A DNA stretch of 64,000 nucleotides from the human T2T-CHM13v2.0 reference genome, Homo sapiens, in NCBI RefSeq assembly GCF_009914755.1, contig NC_060935.1. One strand, 5' to 3'. The position numbers and the translations under genes are program-made. Below, piece by piece: positions 53,585 to 64,000 of this stretch; within the stretch, counting starts at the first letter, position 1; each line of letters starts with the position of its first letter. The notes beneath the pieces are model-generated. The model saw only the letters and a program-made list of their open reading frames with translations. It did not search any database and had not been told where the DNA came from.

Positions 53585-54899
53585 TCCCTTCATTCTTTAT
53601 CTATGTTTTTCTTTAGCTCTTTGAGCATATTTAAGAGAGTTGTTTTAAATTCTTTGTCATATGTCTGATCCTTGTGTTTCTTCAGGGATAGTTTCTGTCT
53701 TTTTATTTTATTTCTTTGAATGGGCTATGTTTTCTGATTTTTTTGTGTACCTTGTGATGTTTTGTTGAAAATTGAGCGTTTGAAAAACAAACAAAAAAAC
53801 AAACAAAAAACCCATAAACTTCTCCCAGTCTTCACAGGCTGGCTTTGTGCCACGGCCATCCTCATCTAATTAGCCAGGCTTGTGTTCTGAGCCTTTGGAT
53901 CTGTCTGAGGAGAAAGGTTAAGGTCTCCTCAGGTCTTTTCTGAGCGTGCATCTTGCCCGGATGTGCATGGCATTTCTATCACCCCATATACACAGCTGTT
54001 TATACATGTCTTAATTCCCCAGAGTCTTACCTCAGTTTCTCCTTAGGGACTTAAATTGTCTACTCTCCATTTCCATCTGTCAGCCCAGGTATCTACAAGT
54101 CTTAGTCTCTCTGCAGCTTTCCCAAGCAGTGCCTGCTACTTCTCACTGCCTCAGCTCTGAGTTAGGTGCAAGAAACCAATCTTCAGGAAGCCCTCAGATA
54201 AGTTAGGACATTGTGAATAAGGTCCACTCTGCTCCCTCCAATTCAAGTAATGGGATTGAGAACTGCCATCTCCTTCAGACCAAGATGGTGGCATGTCAGA
54301 GGAAGGAGGGAAAGGGTGAGTAAAAATACCACAAAATTTTCTACCATTTTAAAATTGACTTATTTTTGATTGGGCATTTTCTTGACTGCTGTAGACCTTT
54401 GACTGTTTTTCATAGCTCATATAAGAATACTTTATCCTGTTTTTGTTTTTTTGTTTGTTTGGTTGTTTTTTTGTTGTTGTTATGTCTCTGTGAGGGAACA
54501 AGGCTTGATACTCCCCAGTGTACCATTTTGCTGATGTCACTCTCCATTATCATTTTTGTGACTCCTTCTGGCTGCTGGATACCCTTAACAGACCAAAACG
54601 AAGGCAGACAAGAGAGTCAAAAACTATGTCTCTTTTCATGTGCCATAACAGATGAATTTTTCCTGTGAACAGTGTCTATGCTACTCAGGAATGACAAGCT
54701 ATAAAGAATGAGCATATATAAACAGAGGCCTTGGAAAGCCCCAACTCTTTAAATCTTAACCGCTATTCCAAAACATCAAACAACCCTATCCTTGTATAAC
54801 CCTAATGTGAACTTTGATTTTGCCATGGTTGAGGTGATTTTGCCATGGTTGATCCCAAAGCGTATCCTGTTCTGGATAGGCAGCTGTGAAAATACTAAC

Positions 54900-55370
54900 T
54901 TTCTTAGCTTGGGTTCCCCTGAAAGCAAAGTCGTTTATCTGGGAGGTGATTCCAAGTTGCAGAAATGAGGGATGAAAGAGAATGAGAAACAGAAGAAGAA
55001 GAGGCCAATATAAGAATGATGCACTGATGCTGCTGCCATGCACATTGAGAGCTAAATTTTGCTGATATTCCTGAGAAGCATACAGAATCATCAACCCCCA
55101 GGAATTGCCCACAGAACAGATGGGAAGCCAGAGTATTTATTAACTGTCAAGGGTTTCCCTTGGGGAAATTAACTCCTTCTCTGATTTTCCTCTGAGCTGC
55201 ACATGTACCTGGACCTGTCTCTGAGGTATTACACTGCAGGTGGGGCAGTAGTGGAGTCTGCCACTGGTCAAGGGTGTGTGGGAGCTGGCTAAAGTGATAC
55301 TCCGTGGCAACTGGGGATGCTGATGTGTGTTGGGAAGAGTCAAGATGTCCATAGAATGGCAGTCAGGTGA
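54900..55370 (-). mobile_element. LTR16-like ERVL LTR
   Basis: TCTTAGCTTGGGTTCCCCTGAAAGCA...TTTATCTGGGAGGTGATTCC. Confidence 0.6.
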
Positions 55371-57034
55371 CAGCCTCATAAGTATAGATGAGGTGCTCTA
55401 CCAAACAGAACTCAACAGTGTAAATGTAGAATCTCATCTTTTCTTTTTCTCCTATTTCCCTTCTCTACTTTTTCCTTGTCAAATTTCATCTATTTATAAA
55501 GAATAGTCACGCCATAATAATATAGAACTGAATTCCATGCTTTTCCAAGCCACTGCAGTTACACAAGTTGGCCCCCCACCACCTTGTTTTCTTAGCTTCC
55601 CAGTGGTTATTAACCAGAGATATATATTTCAATCCCACAGAGCAGTCCTTAGTATATTCTTGGGCTTTTCAGGGTAACCTTCTATATGTTGAGGAAGCAA
55701 GAACTCAAGGTTTTCCAAAAAGCTGTGGGTCCAAGTGGTTAATCTGCACTGGTTTGCATTAGTTTACGTGTGGGAAATGCAACACAAAGGAAGTGCCCAG
55801 CAACCCTGCACATAACGTGCAACCATTCATTCTGACTCTTTTCCCTGAGGATTTCTCTTGGCTGAACAGCAAGCTCTCTGGGCTCTGCAACTAGAGAACA
55901 TCTCTAACATAACATAAACGTTGGGCAGCTGCTGGGAGCTGGAGAGGGCTCAGTCTGAACAGCTGTGTGAGGTTTGACCTTGGGGAAAACAACACCAAAT
56001 CCCACCACCATAGGCTGGTTTCCATTTGGACTTAGTGCAAATGAGGCATAATAACAATTAAGCAGATATACTTGGAAGGGAAGGAAATTAAAAAGGCATT
56101 TTATGTGGGGTAAGAAGAGTGGGTAAAGAGAAGAAATTTCATGGATGATAGCTGAGGGAAGCTTTTCTGGAACTGATAGAGGTAAAAACTATTATGGGTT
56201 GTTAGCTGTATGAGAGTAGGAACTTTCACTTTTCCTTTATGTGATTCTGTACTGTTTAAGTACACTTGCTTATTACAAACATGCCCGATTTTCTAACCCA
56301 TCCCCCTAGAACACAGAGAGACCCTGCAATTGTAGAAGTGTAGACATGTGAAAGGAGAGGGGTTGAGGGGTGAAGCTGTGTTTTAAGACAGCCACAGGCA
56401 CTGATTAGACAGACTGGGATGCTTCTTTGAGTGGGATACTCACTGGTAAACATCTTGGCTAAAAGATGTCCTGGGAAAGATTATATGAGGACTTGGGGCT
56501 TTAAATCTTGGGAGAAGACTTTTGTAAGATCACTTGAAATTCCCTAGGAATTGCTTACAGCACTATCATAAAAGGAACAAAAAAATCCATGTGAAAATAT
56601 TAATCATAGGAGGCTGGAAAGGCAAAGACATTTGTGGCTGTGGACAATTTCAAATAAATTTTGTTGCCTTCCTTAAACAATGCCAGCTGTGTGCCTGCTT
56701 TCTCAAACCAAGATGAACTGTAAGAGAAGAAAGGGGAGGAAAAGTCCCTCCCGCATACAGACTTCAAGTGTGTCTGAATTAAGGCGGCTAAATTCTATTA
56801 TTTTCATGTTCCTCAAATCACTATTGCAGGGTGGAGCTCATAAAGGCATAATAAATGTTTGTTCAACTAAATATTTCAATGACCCAAACTCTATGTGGAT
56901 TAAGAAAATTAAAATTATGTTCAATTTTCCTATTGAATTTGAAGGCTGAGACTTTACTAAGCTTTCCCATTGTGTTTTTAAGTGGTTTCTTAAACAAGTT
57001 GACCCAAAGGCTTGGGTCATTCAACGAATGTGTT

Positions 57035-57275
57035 TGCTTCATGGCATAGCTTAGCGTGAGCTTTGCTGTCAGATGTGAGTTCTGGCTCCACCATTTACTA
57101 GTTATTCGACTGGGAAAATGGTTTAGCCTATGTAAAAGCTAAGTTTCTTCAGTTATAAAGTGGGTTTAATAACTGTACCTAATCTATGGAAGTTTGGTGA
57201 TTAAGTGAGATAATACTTATAGAATACCTACCTCAGTATTTTTCACAGAGAAAGCAATGAACGTGAGTTGTAGTT
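57035..57275 (+). mobile_element. MIR
   Basis: CTGGCTCCACCATTTACTAG...AGTTTCTTCAGTTATAAAGTGGG..GATTAAGTGAGATAAT. Confidence 0.7.
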
Positions 57276-57317
57276 GGTCATCAATATCCTCCTCCTCTTC
57301 TCCTTCATTATCTAGAA

Positions 57318-57521
57318 GAGGGGTGGGTAAACTAGGGCCCACTGCTAGTTTTTGTAAATAAGTTTTATTGGAACACAGCCATGTCCATTTGTTTATGTAT
57401 TTTCTACAGTGGCTTTCATTCTACAGGGCAGAGTTGAGTAGTTGTGATAGAGACCATATGACCCGCAAAGCCTAAAATATTTACTATCTGGTCCTTTACA
57501 GAAAAAGTCTGCTGATCCTTA
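57318..57521 (+). mobile_element. MER58A (hAT-Charlie MITE)
   Basis: TTTTGTAAATAAGTTTTATTGGAACACAGCCA...AAAGCCTAAAATATTTACTATCTGG; 8-bp TSD ATCTAGAA/TTCTAGAA. Confidence 0.92.
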
Positions 57522-58884
57522 TTCTAGAAGGAAGAAAATCTAGGGATGTGTTTGTGCGTTTCCTGAGCTTAAATTACCAGGAACTCATAGCTTTGATTAG
57601 AAGAAACTAGATGAAGGGTTTGAATAAACCCTTAAAGCATGAAACATTATGTTTTCTTCATAGATTTAAAAAATATGCCTAGAGGCAGAGATGCTCACAT
57701 GCTAAGACAGACATGGGGAATCTTTAAACCTAAACATTTTACCTGAAGAGAAAGAACAGTTAGAATCTTTCGGCTTAATAGAAAAGTCACAGAAGCAAGC
57801 AGAGAAATCCTAATGAGTTAGAGGACAATCATTTCCAAGGATTTTGAGTGTGTCTTAAGTTATTTTATTGAAATAAAAATTCCTTTTCTGAGTTCAGAGG
57901 CATAATCTGGAGAAGGTCAGAGAGCACTTATAGCCAGGAAGTGTTTGCACATAATAACAGATATGCTATTTGTTCCCAGGAATTTTTTTTCTTTAAACCT
58001 CAGAGTTAACATAGTCAAATACAGAGCAAGTGGAATTCCTGCTCTGTATTTCTAAAATTGTCTTTTTAGACTCATAGTAGAGAAAACAATCTGAAAAAAA
58101 CCACTTGGAAGAAAGAGTGACTACAGTTGATGACAACAGATTGAAAAGAGAATTAAAAAGGGTCAAAAAACCCACAAGGCTTTCAAGATTAGATAAAAAC
58201 TGCTCTGGGCAGATGAGCTAGAGAGGGTAAGAAAGAGAGAGGAGCTGCCTAAAGAGAAGGGTTGGTATGGCTCAACATGAGGCCAGGGGAACCGTAAGGA
58301 CAGGGTTAGTGATAGCATTAGAAGTTGGCTGGCCTCAGGCCACAAGCACCACCCTTCACTGGGGCTTTGTGAGCCACACGAGAGTTGAGTGAGGGTCCCA
58401 CCACCATTTCCCGAACACATGACATGTGTCTCTTGGCCTAAGGGGCTATGTTAGATGATCTTGTCCAGAAGGAATGATGGACGGCCCTTTGTGCCCTTAA
58501 ACTTTGCTCATCTCTTTTCAAACTACCACATATAATTCTCACGTTAGGGGCTAAGGGTGTGTGTGCATAAACAGAGAGTGGGACCTGGGCTACTGCAGGG
58601 TTGAAGTAAGGTAGAAATAACAGTTCCCAGTGTCTGTCCTGGGGCTGGAAGACAGTGCAGGGTTGATGTTAGCTGTAGATCTCCCCCAAACCAAGACTGT
58701 GGTGGGATCCACCCTGTGGAACATAGTAATGGTTAGGAGGATGTTAAGAAATTGATATGCAGAAGTTCCCAAGCATTTCTCATTTGCCTCTTAGCTTGTC
58801 CTAAGGTGTATAACAGTGATCATGTAAAGCACTGGAAATACTGCTTGCAGGGCAAGTGCTCAATGCATGATCGCTAGTTGTTTT

Positions 58885-59395
58885 TTTTTCAGGGAAACAG
58901 AACAAATATGTTAGATATAGATATATACAAGGGGGGATTTACCACGGGAATTGGCTCACACAATTCTGAAGGCTGAGGAGTCCCATGATAGCCTTGTCTG
59001 TAGGTTGGAGAACCAGAGAAGCTGGTGGTATGATTCAATCTGAGTTCAAAGGTCAGAGAACCCTGGTGGGGGATGAAAAGAGGAGGTGCTGATATAATTC
59101 CTAGAGTTCAAAGGCTCAAGAACTTGGAGTTCTGATATTCAAGGGCAGAGAAGATGGATGTACCAGCCCCCAAAGAGAGGGAAAATTCACCCTTCCTCTA
59201 CCATTTTGTTGTCCTCAGTGGATTGGATGATACCTACCCAACACTGGTAAAGGCAGATTTTCTTTATTTAGCCTATTGACTCAAATGCTAATCTCTTCCA
59301 GAGACACCCTCACAGACATATTTAGAAATAATGTTTCACCAGCTATCTGGGCATCCCTTAGCTCAGTCAGGTTGACAAGTAAATTAACAAACACA
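58885..59395 (-). mobile_element. MLT2 LTR
   Basis: GGGAAACAGAAC...GGAATTGGCTCACACAATT...CCAGCTATCTGGGCATCCCTTAGCTCAGTCAGGTTGACA. Confidence 0.85.
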
Positions 59396-60018
59396 TTGTT
59401 ATTATTTTTACGGTTGAAACCAAACTGAAAACTTTGTTTTTTGCTGTTTAGCAAATAAATTCTATTTGTTTTTTAAAAACAAACAACCAAAAAGCACCTA
59501 ACCTGAGAAGTCAGCACAGCTTTCAGATCCTCACCCCTAGAAAGCTCTTGTCCTGGCTGCTCCCTCCTCCTTGCTCTGTGAGAAATTCCTTATGCAGCTA
59601 CGTGCAGGAACTGACTGCGCGGGATGATCCGTGAGCTGCATGTGGACTACCCCAATCTGCTTTTTGTTCCTAATTCCTGAATGAGCAACTGAAAATTCCC
59701 CATGTGATCACTCCCTCTACCAGCTCTTGCTTTCCCAGAAACACTAGGCTTGCTGTTTTGTACATTTGCAGGATAAAAGAAATGTAAACATTTAAATAAT
59801 AATGTATTTTTAAAGGCATAACGGGGTTAGTTGAGTAAAACAACCCATCTCACATCATCTGCAGAAGAAATCTAATAAGTTTTGGGGTTCATTGGGGAAC
59901 CAGAGAATATTCAATTTTATGACAGGATTAAGTTTTTATTGAATTACGTCTTTATTCAAGGCACTTTTGTTCATCTACTAAAATAGGCAGTTTAACTCAG
60001 TGATCTTTGGACTAGTAA

Positions 60019-60519
<501 letters not shown>

Positions 60520-60861
60520 TATGAATCAGTTCTTTCAATAAAGACTCCGCTGGGGCTGAGGGCTGCCAGATATTGGGTGTCCCTGAAGATGAAGCCAGTT
60601 GTGTCTATTGGCCTCTTCTCCAAATAGCCAAAGCAAGTGTGCTCAGTGCCCTGGAGTGGCCCAAGAGCAGGGGAATGAATAGTAAAAAATGTCTCAGGAA
60701 AATTCAGTTCTAGTTATGGTTTTTCCATTAATAGTTGAGGCTCCCAAGCTTCTCTGGGCTTCAATTTTATCATCTGTAAAAATAAAGGCATACGACTATT
60801 GGTGATTTCAAAATACCGATCTCATGTCAAGCTAGTGACTTAAAACCCCTCCAGGAGAGGT

Positions 60862-61230
60862 TGTTAAAGGTACACATTTCTTAGCATAAATCTGGAAACA
60901 ACCGAAGTGCCCATGAGTAGGGGAGTGGTTAAATAAGTTATGGTATATCCAACCATAAATGCCCTTTGAAAAGTGTGAATTAGATCTGCATGTGCTGATA
61001 CAGAAAGATCTCTAAGGAATATCATCAATTGAAAAGAGTAAAGTACAGAGCAACATATATGGCAAAATTCCTCTTGTGTAATTGAAAATGCATATATGTG
61101 TGTGTGTGTAACTGAAAATGCATATATATTTATATATAAATGCACATATATATATGGCACAAACTTGCTTTCAGTTATTGTTTACGTGGGGGTATACATG
61201 AAACTGTTAAGAGTGTTTATCTTAATAGTT
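60862..61230 (+). mobile_element. L1ME-like 3' fragment
   Basis: CTGGAAACAACC.AAGTGCCCA..AGTAGGGG..TGGTTAAATAAGTTATGGTATATCCA. Confidence 0.7.
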
Positions 61231-61585
61231 TAACAGCTGTATGGGCAGGGTAATATTTAAGGTATTGCTAATAACAATAGTAATGTTAATAGTTAAGGGC
61301 TGATTCACCCCACCTATTTCTGATGTCTTCTTTTTTTGTACCCGTCAACATTTATCTACCAATGTGTTAGAACAAGAAGGGGACTTGGTACTGTGGGGAG
61401 AATACTGAATGGGCTGTAAGTGGATCCGAGTTTAAATCATATTCTTGTTGAATATTCTTGTGCAAGTAACTTAACTTCCCTGGATCTCAATGTCCTCGTC
61501 TTTTAAATGCGGTGATAGGACTAGCAATAAAACACGGTGGTTCTATTTTAATTTGCAGGTAGTGTTTATAAGTTATCTGGGGAGA

Positions 61586-61628
61586 CACACAGGAACACAC
61601 ACACACACACATACATACACACACACAC
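61586..61628 (+). repeat. Imperfect (CA)n microsatellite
   Basis: Direct inspection. Confidence 0.9.
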
Positions 61629-63372
61629 TCAAATACAGAACAAATGAGTAAAGAGCATTGCTAACTCTCAACAAATACTTTAAGTTCTTTCTTAACACTA
61701 TGGGCTACAGAGGAGAAATAACCTTTATCCTTGAAGAATTTTATGATCTTGTATGGGAGACAAAACAAATTTGTGTGAACCAACTAGAGAATAATATAAA
61801 GCCACATATGACAACCTTGGATTAACCTCATTCTTATGGAGCTCCCTTTAAAATATTACTCACCTGAAACTCAAGAAAACCAGACTCGGCAATAAATGTA
61901 AAACCCAAGTCCCTCGGCCACATTTGCACTGAAATGTAAAATAAAGGGTTAGACAGGTACAATTTCCTTTGTAGTGATAAAATCCTCTGATTCTATTGCA
62001 TAATCTCCAAAAGCAGGTCCAAACCGAATAATTTTTTTCCCCTGAAACTAGATTCCTCCCTGTTTAGTAGAGTCCCCATTTCCAATTTAGGACTTTGCCA
62101 ACCCCATACAACTTCTTTGCACAAAATACCCCAAGATAAGGTCAAGGAGAAGGCCTTACATTATGTCAGCCCCATTATCTGAGCTCGAGAGCCTCCCTTG
62201 GCTCCGCCCTGTCTGGGCAATGCAGTGGGAGAGGGGACTGGGCTGGGGGTGGCCAGGTGGCTGTCTAGCCTGCCTGGTCACAAAGACCCCAGTGAGTGTG
62301 AGATGAGCACATGACAGGGGCTCCGGGCAGGTCAGACTTGACGCCTCACTTGACCCCACTGACAGCCAGAGTTTGATAAAGACATGATTGAGTTGAGGAT
62401 TTCTTTCTGACAGTTTAATGGATGGCTATAATTAGGGGCCTGCTCTGAGGGTGTGGAAACACATAGACCCCATTGTAGGGAGGCTAAATGCTACAAAGGT
62501 CAAGGCCAAAATATGGTATGAAAGAAGCTCAACGTTTTCCAACACACAGGAGAAGTGAGTCAGTAGTGAAACGTGTTTACTAAGCATGATCAAGCATACC
62601 CATTTCTTTTCAGTTCCTGAGCCTGATGGTTGTCATCAGTGGTGGGTCTCTGAAGCAGAGTTTCAGTCCTTGTGGCTCCAGAGACTAGCACTCTAAAGGT
62701 GGAGTTGACAGGATAAACTTCCCACCTGATCTCAGAAAGCAACTGACTTTCTTTTCTTCTCCTGGAACCATCTCCCTGACTGAAAATAAGAATGACAACA
62801 ATAACTGAGACATACACATTGAATTTTAATGTTAAATTTAAACAATATTTGTCAGTTTGTTTATGCTTCATTGTCAAAATAATGATTAATGAAAGTGGCT
62901 TTAAGCCCTAGATACTTTCTGGGATGTTTTAAAAGACTTCTTCTTGGAATAAAGGAGCCATGATGTGCCAGCCATAATAAGATCCAACTAACAATGAACA
63001 AAAAAAATACAGTGAGTAATGGCAATAATGTTCTCATTAAAGGAAAATACCTCACAACTTAGACAGAAACAGAGGGAATTAGTGAAACTCCATCCATCGA
63101 GGGCTCATAGGCTGCCCTTGGAAATACTCTTACCTGGTCACAGTACTAGTGAATTCATTTCCTGGTTAAGTTGGTAAGGTAGGCATCTTGAAAGACATTC
63201 ATTAATCAAAGAATCAGATAATCCCAGGGCTGAAAAGGATTTTGGAGGCCCTAGAGTGCCAAAAGGCTGACCCACCTCTGCTGTATGGATTCTGATGAAC
63301 AGAAGCTCTGACTCCTTTACACTGCCTATCCCAATCTGGGTAGCTATGAGTATTAACAAACTTGTCCCGATA

Positions 63373-64000
63373 CAGTAGTCTCCCTTATCTGCAGTTTCAC
63401 TTTCTACAGTTTTAGTTACCTGTGCTTAACCGCAGTCCAGAAATAGTAAATGGCAAATCTCAGAAATACACGTAAGTTTTAAATTGCATGCCCTTCTGAA
63501 TGGCATGATAAAAATCTCATGCAGTCCTACTCCATCTCACCCAGGACGTGAATCATCCCGTTGTCTGGCATGTCCATGCTGTCTGCGCTACTCACCCATG
63601 AGTCACATAGGAGCCGTCTTGGTTATTAGATTGACTGTCATTTGTTTTGCAGTGCTTGTGTTCAAGTGACCCTTATTTTACTGAACAGTGGCTCCAAAGA
63701 ACAAAAGTAGTGATGCTGGCCATTTGAACATGCCTAGGAGAAGCTGGGAAGTGCTTTTGTTAAGTGAAAAGGTGAGAGCTCTTGACTTAATAACGAAAGA
63801 ATAAAAATTGCAATATTAAAGTTGCTGAGATCTACAGTGAGAATGAATTTTTTTACCTGTGAAATTGTGAAGAAGAAAAAAATTCATATAGTTTTGCTGT
63901 TGCACCCCAAACTTTATCATAGATATGTATGTATAGGAAAAAAACATAGTTGGGGTTGGTACTATCCTAGGTTTCAGGCATCCACTGGGTGTCTTGGAAC
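63373..64000 (+). mobile_element. MER44 (Tigger7-derived TcMar) element, runs off the window end
   Basis: TA + CAGTAGTCTCCCTTATCTGCAGTTTCACTTTC terminal inverted repeat; 3' subterminal GGTACTATCC..GGTTTCAGGCATCCACTGGG.GTCTTGGAAC. Confidence 0.9.

Larger units (their letters stand above)
51070..54541 (-). mobile_element. Old L1M 5' half (5'UTR, ORF1, ORF2 endonuclease)
   Basis: ORF 51408..51743 (QEDIANINMYASDIRAPKYMKQTL...GFNTLLSKIDKTTRQKINKE) is an L1 ORF2 endonuclease remnant; 5'-end signature CCATTTTGCTGATGTCAC at ~54523-54540. Confidence 0.92.

Noticed and set aside
57000-57019. TGACCCAA-AGGC-TTGGGTCA hairpin
   Set aside because: An 8-bp stem is expected by chance in 64 kb.

Overview
Primate (very likely human) intergenic DNA, roughly half made of transposable elements: Alu, L1, L2, MIR, ERVL-MaLR/ERVL/ERV1 LTRs and hAT/TcMar DNA elements. 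I find no intact protein-coding gene or RNA gene. The only gene-derived sequence is a 5'-truncated, intronless, disabled retrocopy of PPP1R10 (PNUTS) on the minus strand at ~4621-6620. From memory this is probably PPP1R10P1 on distal 11q near SNX19; I have not verified that. The ORFs in the supplied track are chance frames or repeat/pseudogene remnants. I see no evidence of a new biological system. The most unusual signals are scars of local copying or template switching: a ~300-bp copy of nearby sequence between 36-bp direct repeats, a perfect 50-bp inverted copy of a neighbouring Alu, a fold-back hairpin inside a MIR, a trimeric AluS/AluY chimera within one TSD, and an L1-PPP1R10 junction without a TSD. 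There are also a few candidate enhancer motif clusters. Repeat subfamily names come from recognition of consensus sequences, and boundaries of old repeats are approximate.
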